A DNA stretch of 64,000 nucleotides from Octopus vulgaris (GCA_951406725.2 OX597817.1:142538001-142602000), one strand, 5' to 3'; positions 40,320-54,308 are shown, numbered from the stretch's first letter. Numbers and translations: made by a program. The notes: a model not told the origin generated them from the sequence alone.

Positions 40320-41797
40320 ATATACGACGGGCTTCTTTCAGTTTCCATCTACCGAATCCACTCACAAAGAGTTGGTCGGCGTGGGACTGAACCCGGAAGC
40401 ATGTGGTTAGGAAGCAAGCTTCTTACCACACAGTCGCGCTTGTGCCATATCTCAGAACAAGTAACTAATCGAAGAAAACTCCCATACATGTCAAATCCGT
40501 ACTATTCGAAGTTACTTTAGCAAATAAAATATGGTAATTGTTGCCAACCTAATTAAAACGAGCAATAAAATTTTAAGAAACGGTTTCCCACCTTCTTTTA
40601 ATTTAATGAAATAGCAAAAGACTATAAAAATTAATTTATTACATAATTTATGTTTATTATAAACAACGCAATAAATTACTGTTTTAAGAAATAAAAGCGA
40701 AATTTCAACATTTATGGGGAAAAAAATAATTATACAGATGAGTGTGAAAAAAATCAGCGAATAAGCACAGGCGTGGCTGTGTGGTAAGGAGCTTTTTTTC
40801 CAACTTCTTAGTTCTGTGTTCAGCACCACTGCGTGGCACTTTGGGTTAGTGTCTTCTACCCTAGCTCCGGGCCGAACACAGCCTTATTTGTGTATTTGCG
40901 GATCTGGTAGAGGGGAGACTGAATATTGCTTGCTCTTTTACTTGTTTCAGTCATTTGACTGTGGCCACGCTGGAGCACCGGCTTTAGTCGAGCAAATCGA
41001 CGCCAGAACTTAGTCTTTGTAAGCCTAGTACTTATTCCATCGGACTCTTTTGCCGAACCGCTAATTTAAGGGGACGTAAACACACCAGCATCGGTTGTCA
41101 AGCGATGTTGGTGGGGACAAACACAGACACACAAATATATACACGCACATACATACATATATACATATATACGACGTGCTTCTTTCAGTTTCCGTCTACC
41201 CCAAATCCACTCACAAGGCTTTGGTCGGCCCGAGGCTATAGTAGAAGACACTTGCCCAAAGTGCCACGCCGTAGGACTGAACCCGGAAGCATGTGGTTCG
41301 TAAGCAAGCTACTTACCACAGAATTGTTGTTATTCATGTTATTTTCATTTTTGCGTAATTTAGACGACAATTTATTCCCCGCACCCTGAGTATGTATTTT
41401 TATTGTTCTTTTATTTTTTTTATTTGTTTCAGTCATTTCACTGCGGCCATGCTGAAGTACAGCCTTTAGTCGAGCAAATCGACCCCAGGACTTAGTCTTT
41501 GTAAGCCTAGTACTTATTCCATCGGACTCTTTTGCCGAACTGCTACATTACGGGGACACAAACACACCTGCATCGGTTGTCAAGCGATGGTGGGGAGTAC
41601 AAACACAGACACACAAAGACGCACACACGCACATACACATATATATATATGATGGGCTTCTTTCAGTTTCCGTCTACCAAATACACTCATATGGTCTTGG
41701 TCAGCCCGAGGCTATAGTAAAAGACATTTATCCAAGGTGCCACGCAATGGGATTGAACACAGAGCCATGTGGCTGGGAAGCAAGCTTCTTACCACAG
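40320..41797. mobile_element. Cluster of SINE family B copies in both orientations
   Basis: 40320-40445 (-), 40765-40915 (+), 40935-41320 (-), 41420-41797 (-). Confidence 0.8.
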
Positions 41798-41802
41798 TAC
41801 GA

Positions 41803-41960
41803 TACGAGTAAGCTGATATTTTTTCGAACACTGAACTGCCGTTAGAACAGCAGGAATACTGAGTAAATTACCCTTTCAAAGCGGAAAAATTTGTAAGGGT
41901 AATTAACCTAGCTATTCTAACTGCAATTCAGCATTCGAAAAAAATATCATCTTATTTGTA
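41803..41960. repeat. Diverged ~158-bp hairpin
   Basis: TACGAGTAAGCTGATATTTTTTCGAA...AATTACCCTT / AAGGGTAATT...TTCGAAAAAAATATCATCTTATTTGTA. Confidence 0.75.
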
Positions 41961-42092
41961 GTGTTCTTCGATGTTTATAAAAACAAATGTTTGTTTATAT
42001 TATACACGCATATTATATTATACACTAAAGGCGGTGCTCCAGCATGGCCACAGTGAAATGACTGAAACAAATAAAAGAGTAAAGAGTATATG

Positions 42093-42269
42093 TGTACTAC
42101 GGTGTCAGCTGTTCACACCAGTGAACTAAGGTAATACCTCTTATTTTTCTAGCACTTTCCGGAGTATTCGAGCGGTTTCAAGCAGTGCTGTTTTCTGCAA
42201 GTACTCCACCCTTATTGCAGCCCCTATTTGTTCCACATACTTCTCGAGATTTTTGCTCACTGTTCCCAG
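42093..42269 (-). mobile_element. 3' fragment of an R4/Dong-like retrotransposon (inverted near-copy of 44474-44650)
   Basis: Minus translation LGTVSKNLEKYVEQIGAAIRVEYLQKTALLETARILRKVLEK* plus the same 3' UTR. Confidence 0.85.
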
Positions 42270-42989
42270 TATGTATGCGCGCGCGTGTGTGTGTGTACGT
42301 TCTTAAAAAGCAGCAAAAATATCACAAACACTGTTACTCAGAGTTTCACGATGCCGTTCGTCGGACAAAACTGCCCGGAGAACGTTTGTGATATTTTCGC
42401 TGCTTGTTAAGAAAGCATATTACTCTACCTCTGGTATTCGAGTACTATTTTTTCAACCTTGTTTCACATTTATGCGCTTCCTTTTGCATTATGTGCTTAT
42501 CTCTGATCACTGTATATGTCTAGCATCCATTTACTCATTGCCAGTATCTGCAACAAGGCTGCATTTCTCGTATAATCCTTATCTTTTTTACTCTCCCTCT
42601 CTCTCTCTCTCTCTATCTATCTATCTGTCTATCTCTCTCTCTCTCCTCTTCCTCTCTCTATACTATGTAAGGCATCACTGGAGAAAGAAACTGACTTAGC
42701 AAACGACAAATGTTTTTATCGGCTGCCATTATCTTGAGATCTAAGTTGGCGAGCTGGTAGACTCGTTAACAGGCCGGTGGGATTTGCGTAGCGTCTTCGC
42801 ATTTTGAGTTCAAATTCAGTCGAGGTTCTCTTTGCCTTTCATCTTTTCGGGGTCCATAAAATATGTACTACTTCAGCACTGGGGTCTATGTAACAGATTT
42901 ATCCCCTTCCCCCCAAATTGCTGGCCTTGTACCAAAATTTGGAATCATTATTATATAGCGATTTTTATTGTTGTTGTCTTCAATATTTA

Positions 42990-43240
42990 ATGAAAAGATG
43001 GTTGCACCGAATTCTCTTTCTTCAAATCTCCATTCTTCGCTCTTGTGATTCAGAAAAAATAATCTTTTACAAGATCTCAGTGGACTTGCAAACTCCTTTT
43101 GATGTCCAGGTCGGCATTCATGAATATTTCGTTCAACGCTTCTACAATTCTCAATATATTCTCGTATTCCTTGATAAAGAACACTTTCATATTGATATCT
43201 TCCTTATTATCTCCTTCTCCAAATTTTGTTTATTCCTCTA
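42990..43240 (-). pseudogene. Possible Tigger/pogo transposase C-terminal relic
   Basis: Minus translation KVFFIKEYENILRIVEALNEIFMNADLDIKRSLQVH*DLVK...KENSVQ resembles, from memory, the D(P)xxERSxxV...KKxSVQ tail of Tigger transposases; heavily degraded. Confidence 0.35.
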
Positions 43241-43511
43241 AGATAATAATTAAATATATCTTCTATCGACAGATTTATTTAATTATTATCTTCCTTAAAC
43301 CAAACTGTTTTCGCCATGTTTTATTTCTTCAAAGAAATTAGTTGCGCATCGTTACAACTGAAATTTGCCATCCTGCACATATGGTGCTTCAAGTTATGTA
43401 CTCAAGAAGTATTGTGGCGATGGTCAAATGCATTTCATATTACAATACATTCTACCATTTTCCCTTATAATCTTTTATTATGCGATTATAAGTCGGATTA
43501 AGGGCAAAATA

Positions 43512-44011
43512 CCGTAAATCTTCGAGAATAGTCCGCCCTTGAGTATAATACACAGGGGATTTTTAGGGGGCTGTACCTCTGAAAAAGCTAAACCTTGTGT
43601 ATAATTCGCACCGCTTCTCTAACTTGAGTCAAGGAGGTCTATATGACGTCCTTGGTTTGTAAAAATGTATACGGTAACGTCCTTTATTATTATTGTATAT
43701 ATAACATAATGCAAACGTGTAGCTTTTTGTGCATTTTGTTTGCAGAAAATAAAGAAATAACAGTAATAACATTTAATAAATGTTTCTTACTGATGATCCA
43801 TTTATGACTTCATTGCTTTCGGGCTTGGCTTAAGGTATTTTCGCGCCCGACATCACAAAATGCGTCTGAATAAACATTACCGGACAGCAAATAGAAAATC
43901 GAACATTGCTTAGAAAATAATTTTCATTTTTAACCTCGCGTATAATACACACTAGGGATTTGGACCTTTAAATTTTGGGAAAAAATGCGGATTATACTCG
44001 AGGATTTACGG
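43512..44011. mobile_element. 500-bp Tc1/mariner-superfamily (Tc2/pogo-like) MITE
   Basis: TA|CCGTAAATCTTCGAGAATAGTCCGC ... GCGGATTATACTCGAGGATTTACGG|TA. Confidence 0.85.
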
Positions 44012-44221
44012 TAGTTAGCACGCCGGGCAAAGTGTTAGCGGCATTTTGTCTGAACAAGTGTAATCTGTACCATGCGTTAGATGTTGAATTGATAGCAAAG
44101 CCACGGTGGGGTGAAGTGCTTTGTTGAAGAACACAAAGCACCATCCGATCTAGAAATTGAAATCTCGATGGCTAGATCGTGAGTGCAGCACACTAACCAT
44201 TAGGCAATAATAATAATAATG

Positions 44222-44261
<40 letters not shown>

Positions 44262-44263
<2 letters not shown>

Positions 44264-44678
44264 CGACCATGAGATAGAGAATAGGAAGCCAGACAGTCTT
44301 AATTGAGAAAGAACAACAGATGCTGCTGGATCATAGATATAACATGCCCAGCTGACAACAAGGTAAGCGATAAGGAAGAAAGAAAAGTCGATAGGTATGA
44401 CATGTTAACTTGGGAGATAAAGCAGTTGTTGTCGATGAAAAAGGTGGTAGTGGTACCAATAATTGTCGGAGCCCTGGGAACAGTGAGCAAAAACTCGAGA
44501 AGTACGTGGAACAAATAGGGACTGCAATAAGGGTGGAGTGCTTGCAGAAAACAGCACTGCTTGGAACCGCTCGAATACTTCGGAAGGTGCTTGAAAAATA
44601 AGAGGTGTTACCTTAGTTCACTGGTAGTGAACAGCTGACACTGTAATACATCGCCAGCGTTAGAAGATGTGCAAAGGC

Positions 44679-44680
<2 letters not shown>
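44262..44680 (+). pseudogene. 5'-truncated R4/Dong-clade non-LTR retrotransposon: restriction-like endonuclease C-terminus plus 3' UTR
   Basis: CDHEIENRKPD...CWIIDITCPADNKVSDKEERKVDRY...VVVVPIIVGALGTVSK/LEKY...LQKTALLGTARILRKVL; PD...D...K pattern; preceded by (AAT)n and followed by (AGT)n(AAT)n. Confidence 0.85.
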
Positions 44681-44730
<50 letters not shown>

Positions 44731-44747
44731 ATAATAATGATAATAAT

Positions 44748-45000
44748 TGTGCATTAGGCATGATAAAAAAATATTCAGACAAATACATAACAAAAACACC
44801 AGGACTTACAAACACATATAACATACATAAAATTGCACTACTAGGCACTGCACACATCCTACGCAGAACACTTTCCATACAATAACCATCAGAGCATCAC
44901 AACAAATCACAGCACACACCCAAGGCACACAGAGCTGCGCTCGGTAGTGAAGTGAAAGCACGCTATAAAAATAAAACTACTGAAGAAGAATAATAATAAC
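44748..45000 (+). pseudogene. Second, different R4/Dong-like 3' fragment
   Basis: CALGMIKKYSDKYITKTPGLTNTYNIHKIALLGTAHILRRTLSIQ*, with a distinct 3' UTR ending in AAT repeats. Confidence 0.8.
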
Positions 45001-45717
45001 AAACCCGTCCACTGTAGGCAGAAGCCTGAAATTTTAGAGAAGGTAAATAGTCGATTACATCAACCCTAGTAGCCAACAGGTACATTTTAAATACTTTTTT
45101 ATCGACCCCGAAATGATAAAAAACAGATTTGAATTCAGAAGGATTTGAACTCTGAATGTAATGATTTGGAACAAATACTGCAAGACATTTCGACTGACGC
45201 TTTCACGATTCAGATAATCTTACTAATCCACATCGAATATATGTATTAATACTTTGAAGTCAGTCACGTGATAACATCATTGTAAGTTACTCCACGTAAT
45301 CGCCACATCATAATTGCGAATGATTCGGTTTTCACTTTATCATATTTAATTAACACTTGCTACACTATTCCACCCTTTATCTACCCTTGTATTTATTATT
45401 ATCCAAGGTACAATCTAAGATATGTTTCAGTGATGCTGCTACAATACATACAAAGATTTCAAAAAATTACAGATCAAGAACCAACACATCGATCTCTCTT
45501 TTATCAATTGTCCAGGAATTATTGACATGGCCGACGCAGTCCTCAGAGATAAACAGGCTTTTCATCCACAGCAATTCTTTATTCTATGAAATACAAAGAA
45601 TCGTACAAAGGAATTATCTAACAACAGGTGAAGACTGTATGATGGCGGTCTTGTTATATTCAGTCAAAAGATATTCTATACACTAGTAACACATTGTCTG
45701 TAGGGTACAATAAAACT

Positions 45718-46027
45718 GGCTCTCCGTCGCTTACGACGATGACTGTTCCAATTGATACGATCAACTGAACATCCTGCTCGTGAAATTAACTTGCAAGTGG
45801 CTGAGCACTCTTGCAAACTCGCGTACCCTTAATGTAGTTCTCAGGAGGAATCATCGTGACACAGAATTTGACAAGGCTGGCCCTTTTGTAATTACAGCCA
45901 CAACTCATTTTTGTCAGCTGAGTGGACTGTAGCAAGGTGGATTAAAATGTCAGGCACCAGGGCCCGCTAAGAATCGAACTCACGACCTTGCGATCGTGAA
46001 CTGAACACCCTAACCACTAAACCATAG
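45718..46027 (-). mobile_element. SINE family C' copy
   Basis: Homologous to 13672-13996. Confidence 0.8.
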
Positions 46028-46405
46028 GTTACAATACCACGCATGTAAATGTTAGTTCTAACTCTTTGTCCTGTGTCTCATATGGTACACAGGACATATT
46101 TCCCTGCTGTCATAATTGATACACTTTCTCTGTTTTTTAAACGAGCAGAATAATTATAATTTCAATACTGAATAATGTCTGCAAAAACAATTTTGCTAGT
46201 TTTGTTCCGATGCAATTCAGTTCTTTAATGATAACAATTTATTTATATTCATATGCAATTTTATATTGCATGTGTGTGGTTTGTTGTGCTCCTTTTTACT
46301 TTTCCACCCCTCTATCTATCCATGTATCTATCTTTCTATATATCGATCTGTCTGTCGGTCAATCTATCGATCTGTTTGTGTCTGTCTGTCTGACTGTTTG
46401 TCTAA

Positions 46406-46483
<78 letters not shown>

Positions 46484-46620
46484 GTCTATTTGTCTATTTA
46501 TCTGTCTATATATGTGTCTGTGTGTGTGTTTGTACCTATCTATCCATTTGTCTATCTTTCTATCTATGTGTCTGTCTGTCTTTTTGTCTCTGTCTCTGTC
46601 TCTGTCTCTCTCTGTTTCTC

Positions 46621-46655
<35 letters not shown>

Positions 46656-46682
46656 ACCGTTCACTCTATGTATCTTTGTACC

Positions 46683-46826
46683 TAGAATCAAAAGAAGGCC
46701 CAGAGGAGGACAATAATCTAAGTTATAGATATGATTGGTTGCAACCTAAGGCAAATATCTCGCATGACCCAATCTTCATTAATATTGTTAACGAAGACTA
46801 CTATTTAACCCTTTGTCTGTCCTGTG
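46683..46826 (+). repeat. Old dispersed repeat; second copy at 63841-63990
   Basis: Shared AAAGAAGGC...AATC(T/C)AAGTTAT...CATGACCCA...GACTACTATTTAACCCTT..CTGTCCTGT. Confidence 0.75.
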
Positions 46827-47123
46827 AAGGCGCATGGCTCAGTGGTTAGAGCATCGAGCTTACGATCGTATGATTGTGACTTCGATTCCCGGACCGGGCT
46901 GCGTGTTGTGTTCCTGAGCAAAGCACTTTATTTCACGTTGCTCCAGTTCACTCAGCTGTAGAAATGAGTTGTGACGTCACTGGTGCCAAGTTTAATGCGC
47001 CTTTGCTTTCCCTTGGATAACGTCAGTGGTGTGGTATGCATGAGCGACTGCTGGACTTGTGCCTGGGAGGGTAACTTTCTAGGTGCAATCCCATGGTCAT
47101 TCATGACCGAAGGGAGTCTCCCC
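46827..47123 (+). mobile_element. tRNA/CORE-like SINE with 10-bp TSD and a distinct tail
   Basis: TSD CTGTCCTGTG at 46817-46826 and 47124-47133; A-box TGGCTCAGTGG, B-box-like TTCGATTCC. Confidence 0.85.
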
Positions 47124-47968
47124 CTGTCCTGTGTATCATGTGATACTCAGGATGTATTTCCCTGCCATCATATATGATACTCATTTCCAATATCCTTAAA
47201 CTACTGAGTAACTTGGAACTTATGAATGGAAAGCTTTATGCTAATAGGAACGTTTTTAACAGGGGCTAACAAAAGTCTAAAATTAAGCACGCTGATCTTG
47301 TCCGGATTTGAACTCTGAGAGCCGAAACATTGTCTTCGACGCGGCAAAGACTCTCTAACGATGGTGCCAACATAATGCAATATTATAATACTCACTTTGT
47401 CAGTATTTACACAGCCGCCAGTGTAATAGATCGTCAGCTTCACAAAGAGGTAAAGAAAATGCTTTGGGACATATAATGGTGAAGCTTTATTGCCGAAATT
47501 CAAATCTCAACGGAGCTAACTCTGCCTTTCGTTTTTTCGTGGCTGTTGATAATAAAAACTGTACCACTTAAATAGTAAGATCGATATAATTGATTATACA
47601 GCCCAACCCTAGACGTGCGGCCCTGCGTATATATTAAAAATCAATATTGTTATAACCACTCATTACTGTATTTGTTATGTAGAGATTTTGTTAAGGCATC
47701 TTGTTAAGGCATCTTGTTTGACTATTCACTGAGGAGTGAGAACAATGTGGTGTTAGTTTATTTGGTATTTCAAAGTTTTATATTAAGGCAGAAACATTTT
47801 GAAATCTCACATTTTTAAAAACAATATCATCATCGGTTCCTCTTGTGCTGTCAAGTACACTGGGAAGCGTGAAGACATCACTGGTTTCTGTTAGTTGCCA
47901 TCTGACCACGCAAAATTGGTCTCTCTGATATCAGTTATCAAATTCTGCGCCATATTATGTTCGGTCTT

Positions 47969-48001
<33 letters not shown>

Positions 48002-48234
48002 GTATATATATATATATATATATATATACATACACACACATATATATAAATATATACATTCATACATGCATACATACATATATAATTTATAATAGTTAGG
48101 CTATATCAAGGAGACAAGTAATTCGAAAGAAATCTTTTGCTAGAAGTCAAAACGATAAAATCTTAGCGACGACGGAATAATTTCCCACTCGGTCGCCTGG
48201 TGCCATTCGCTATTGCTCTTTTTCTTATCATGTT

Positions 48235-48581
48235 CATTTCCAATTTGATTGGCACATTCTTTCCATTGACGTCACTTCGGTTCCGCAACGTGGGTTTGAA
48301 ACAGCTTGTCGCATCCAGAAATTCTGATTTGTTTCACGTGTGACTAAGTTTGTGATTTGAAAGCCACCTTTGGGATTACGATTAGCTTTAATCATTCACT
48401 TTGGATTTCTTATTGTTGATGGCCTAAAATAGACATGCTTATGTGATTAACCCATTGCCTGCAATGAGCCCCATTTGCGGATCTGCTAAAAACAGTCTCA
48501 CTGCTGGCTGTTCGTTGTATTTAAAGCGAATTGCTTATGAACATTGCATTTCAGATGTGTGTTTAACAATATTTAGTAGGT
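48235..48581 (+). promoter_or_regulatory. Candidate Pol II promoter and short first exon
   Basis: Repeat-free segment with CCAAT (48240), ATTGG (48248), CRE TGACGTCA (48267-48274), E-box CACGTG (48335-48340), TATTTAAA (48518), Inr-like TTCAGAT ~33 nt downstream, and a donor-like AG|GTAAAG (GT at 48580). Motif evidence only. Confidence 0.35.
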
Positions 48582-49424
48582 AAAGTTTGTTATTATTAGC
48601 CCTGGCTAAATCTCGAGGACATTTTGTTATATATCGCAGTTTTTAAACTACAAAAATATTGACTGTTTTGAAAACGCCTTTTATTTATTTTTTTTTTTCA
48701 TTTCCCATCTATATCACTCATTGATATTTCATACACATTCATATTTGATATTATAGTTTGAAAAAAAAAACTTAAATGTTTATTATTGCAACTGAATAGA
48801 AAAGGATAATTCTCCTTTTTTTTAACGATCCCAATTTGGGACTTTTCGAAAAAAATTTAATTTCTAAATTAATTCACATATGAAGAAAACTTAAATACTG
48901 TATATTATTTTAACTCCTAAGACACATGGCAAAGTAAAAAAATATGAATAAAAAATTTGGCAGTTAATAGGTTAAGAAGCTCGCTGTGCCACAACGTGGT
49001 TTCGGTTTCAGTCCCACTGCGGGACACCTTCGATGAATGTCTTTGAACGTGGGAGAAGAAAACTGTATGGAAGTCCGTCGCTAGTTTTCCGCCTTGTTAT
49101 CGATACACGAAACAAGTGAATTATGAAATTATATTGCATACATCAACTCATTTTCAAAAGTGAGAGCTCAATACAAATGTATGTGCCTTCCGAGGGTACC
49201 TCAAATAATTCTGTTTTGGAGCAGCATAGGGATTATCTCGAAGGACACATATTTATATGCTATTGTTAATAATTCTTTGTGTGTGCTTCGAGATCTACTA
49301 TTCCAAAACAGAATAATTTCACGTTCTCTCGAAAGTTTATAAAATTATTATGACATCTACTTCCTCGCTAGTAAGAATGACGTTTCAAGAATACATTCGA
49401 AAGGTTGTCTAGAGATGTGGCTTC

Positions 49425-49497
<73 letters not shown>
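49425..49497. repeat. (GT)n microsatellite
   Basis: Directly visible. Confidence 0.95.
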
Positions 49498-49498
<1 letters not shown>

Positions 49499-50825
49499 AT
49501 TTAAGAATGTATGTATGTGTGATTTCCCTTTGATGAAGTTAGCAATGATTTACTGGGTCCCTATTTTCTCAGTCGATCAATCAATCTGTTGATAAGAACG
49601 CACCCGAATGCATATCTGAAACAGCCATAAGCCTTTAATAAGTGAATAAATATGCATAACTAATTATTTCTCTCATACACACATACATGTATGTATGTAT
49701 GTATGTATGTATGCATTCATGCATGTACGTATATGTACTATTATATATATATATATCCATATCTATACGCACGCACACACACACACACACATACCTATAT
49801 GCATAAACACACACAATGTCTCCAAATGTATTTATTGTTCAATCCCCCTGAGGTTTATATAATAATGACCATCAAACCGCGATAAATATCAACGATAGCT
49901 GCTTCTGTTAGATCTGTCACGGAGCCTGTCACGCAAAACAATTATTTGCGAAGTATTTAGTGGATTAGAAAGTTCGGCGCCTTTTACGATGGATATAGTG
50001 CTTGCGAGATGAAGAAAGAAATAATTTGATAGAAAACTCTTTCGTACGTAAGAGCTTAACACCTGGAACAAATTAGACTAGGACATTAGGCTAAAAAGAA
50101 AATACTAATAACATACAAGCTAAGGTATTTCAATGGAATTTATATATTAGCAATGTTGTGATAGCGTAATTTAAATAGCCAAGTGTCGGACTCAATATGT
50201 TTTAGCAATTAGGTTACTCTGTTTTGTCTAATTACATTATGTTGCTTAAACTCCGAGTAAATTTGCGCAGCTGTAGTTGTTTGGTTCTTCTACGCATTAT
50301 TTTTACTGAAGCTTCTATTTTGCTAGTATCTTGTGAGCGAAGCTGGTAACGAAAACTTTGTGACTCTCATAAATATAGATATGTGTGTATATGTACGTGT
50401 GCGTGCACACAAACATGCACACACGCACACACACACACATATGTATGTATGAGTCTCGTGACGTAGTGATCAGGGCGTTGCGTTCATGAGTGTAACATTT
50501 TGGCTTCGATTCTTGATCCGTGCGTTGCATTGTGTTCTTGAGCAAGACACTTCATTTCATGTTGTTTCACTCCACTCAGCTGGCAAACATGAGTCATCCT
50601 GCAAAAGATCGGTTTCCCGCCCTTGAGGGGGATATATATATATGCCGCAGAATCCAGGAAACCAAACCTCTGAGCCTTATGACTCTGGAAGGGCTTCTGG
50701 TTTTTGATTTTCGTTTCAGATGTATGTAACAAGGTTTAAAGCAGTTGAAATTATTTTCGCAACCATTATATTCAAGGTTGATCGTGTGGGACAATAGTCG
50801 CAATATAATGCATATATATATATAT

Positions 50826-51201
50826 CCTTTTCTACTCTAGGCACAAGGGCCGAAATTAGATCTACCCCAGTGCGTAACTGGTACTTAATTTATTGACCCC
50901 GAAAGGATGAAAGGCAAAGTCGACGTCGGCGGAATTTGAACTCAGAACGTAACGGCAGACGAAACACCTATTTCGTTACTACCCACAAGGGGCTAAACAC
51001 AGAGAGGACAAACAAGGGCAGACAAAAGGATTAAGTCGATTGCATCGACCCCAGTACGTAACTGGTACTTAATTTATCGACCCCGAAAGGATGAAAGGCA
51101 AAGTCGACCTCGGCGGAATTTGAACTCAGAACGTAACGGCAGACGAAATACTGCTAAGCATGTTCGCCCGGCGTGCTAACGATTCTGCCAGCTCGCCGCC
51201 T
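50826..51201 (-). mobile_element. SINE family A dimer
   Basis: Head ends at 51201; two GGCGGAATTTGAACTCAGAACG units. Confidence 0.85.
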
Positions 51202-51741
51202 TAATTTATCTCTCAAATTCCGGCTGATCGCTCTGCACCATTAAACTAAGCGACCTCTGTAAAATACCAACTTCCTCGGCGCTTCTAAGTTCGTTTGACT
51301 ATAGAATATGTAAAAATTTGTTTTTCGACTTTCTGTATCAAAAGGCCATATACTTTTTTTTTTTGTAAGGAAAAGTGTAAATAACAATTCTCTAGGTACA
51401 CACATTTAGAAAGAAACGATTCCCATTATTGAAGGCAATTAAACATAATCTCTTTATACTATTATTCTGATATCACAACTATTTGATGAAAATCTAAAGA
51501 ATCTCTTTTCACTCTACTACATCCTCTTTTTTGTTGTTGTTATTCTTTTTCGATATCAAAGGAAAGTAAATATAAACATAGGCGTAGGAGTGGGTGTGCA
51601 GTAAGTACGTTGCTTACCAACCGCATGGTTCCGGGTTCAGTCCCACTGCGTGGCAGCTTGGGTAAGCATGTTCTACTACAGCCTCTGGCCGACCAAAGCC
51701 TTGTGAGTGGATTTGGTAGACGGAAACTAAAAGAAGCCCGT

Positions 51742-51817
<76 letters not shown>

Positions 51818-51937
51818 TGTATGTATAAGTGCATATTGTGTCTGTGTATGTATGTTTGTGTGTACATGTATGTGTTTGTGTTCATTATATAACTATATAT
51901 ATACATATTCTGTATGTGTGTGCGTGTACATTATATA

Positions 51938-52033
<96 letters not shown>

Positions 52034-53159
52034 TTGTGTATGTGTGTATGTGTGTGAGTGTGTGTGTGTGTTGAAATCTAGCCTTCCCGTCTCCACCCCT
52101 ATCACATTCTGTCGCTCTTGCATTCTTTCCCGCTGACTTCCTTCTCCGCTGTTCTTATACTCCGTATAAACATCATCCATTTAGCATAAGCACAAGAAAA
52201 TCCAATACGAGTTGAATTATAATAATTGTATGTCTTCTTTCCTGATATTACCCATGGTAACAAAGCAATTCTTCCCAGGGTACCCATCATACAAGAAGAA
52301 ACATTCTAGTACTATTACTATTATTTTATAATGGCTGCGTAACTTCAATTATGTACATGTGCAAGGTTTCAAAACAGATGTACACTATGGCATAATTGAT
52401 GACTTCAGAATTAATAATCGTCTTCGGCAGCTTTTCACAGATCATTATTATAATAATGGAGGACCCGTAGCGGCTTTTTATTCTTACATTTCTAAAGTGT
52501 TTGTAGTGAAGTTTGTGCGACAGGAAAAGTAATGAGATCCAAGCAAAGAGATTCGAAGTGAAAACGAAAAATAATCGATAAAATTGAAAACTGTCTACAA
52601 AGTCAAACGAACTTCCGAACTGTGTTAACTTTGGAAGCTATACTATAAATAATACGGGAATATATAAAGAAAATCAAAACTATGGTTTTAAAACAATGGT
52701 TAAGTACATAAAATGCATATTTAAAAGCAGATACCGGTAATTCAATGCAATGCAGTTTTATTATTCCCAAATATTTTCGCATAACAAACTATTTCCAATA
52801 ACTGTTTTCACACAAAACAACGTTTGTTTGTTTTCTTCTTCCTTTGTTTTATCGATGTTCTATTTTGAAACCATTTCAAATGCAAACCTGCTGTTTATGG
52901 AAGCCATAATCACACCACGCGGCTTTGATTTTCGTATAATTTTGTCTTTAAAACTTTCCTAGGTTTTCCTCGTTGTTCGAATATAAATCTGCACTTACTA
53001 ACTTGTGTACTTGTTGCCTATTTGTTTTCAGTTCAGTAAAATTCACGAAACTCAAACTTCCTGCTTTAAACAGAATATTTCTGTAGATAATTCATTACGG
53101 ATCTCACTATTCTATGTAAACAAAAAAGAAGGAAAAAACAACAATTAAGCATTATTCTT

Positions 53160-53371
53160 TTATTCTTTTACTTGTTTCAGTCAGTTGACTGCGGCCATGC
53201 TGGTGCATTGCCTTTAGTCGAGCAAATCTCTGTAAGCCTAGTACTTATTCTATCGTTTTTTTATTTATTGCTTAACCGCTAAGTTACGGGGACGTAAACA
53301 CACCAGAATCGGTTGTCAAGCAATGCTGGGGAGGGACAAATACAGACACACAAACATATACACACTCATAC

Positions 53372-53432
<61 letters not shown>

Positions 53433-53595
53433 ACAGGCTTCTTTCTGTTTCCGTCTATCAAATCCACTCACAAGGCTTCAGTCGGTCCGAAGCTATAGCA
53501 AAAGACACTTACCCAAGTTTCCACGCATTGGGACTGAACCCAGAACCATGTGGTTGGTAAGCAAACTGCTTACCACACAGCCAATCCTGCACCTA
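53160..53595 (-). mobile_element. SINE family B full copy
   Basis: Reverse complement of the family B pattern with internal (TA)n; an opposite-orientation 5' copy lies at 51580-51745. Confidence 0.85.
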
Positions 53596-53819
53596 TGTTG
53601 AATATTCCCATGTTTCTTGAACCATGAAATGGAGGTACATAATGTTGTATACTATAACTTACGGTCTCATTATTCGAAGGCTTTTTCAAAGTCTTTCACT
53701 AATCACACGTTTGACCAGGTAGAAATAGCAGTCAAATTTCCTTTAAATCAAAATCCACAATATTAGAACAAGCCAACAAAAAACCCGAACGGCTGTAGTG
53801 AATAATACACACACACTCT

Positions 53820-53879
<60 letters not shown>

Positions 53880-54308
53880 CATATATATACACACACATGT
53901 ATATATCAATACATTAAATGGCATTTATAGACAACAAAATCACCTGTAACTGTCGAGAAATGCCAAATGTTTGCAACTACTGAATATAGTGAAATCAAAT
54001 CAGCTGAAAATAGTTTCGGTTTCAAATAGACTGTTCAGCTTTGTGACTATATTTGATAGACAGAAACTGAAAGCAACCCGTCGCCTCTCTTCTCTCTGTC
54101 TCTCTCTCTCTCTCTCTCTGTATACATGTATACATACATACATACATACATACATACATACATACATACATACACACACACAGACACACAGACACACACA
54201 CACACACACACAATATATATATATATATATATATATGATTAATAATATCAGAGTAAGAAAATGTTTGAAATTTTTACTACCAGTGGCCTAGCGTGTAGAA
54301 AATTTAGT

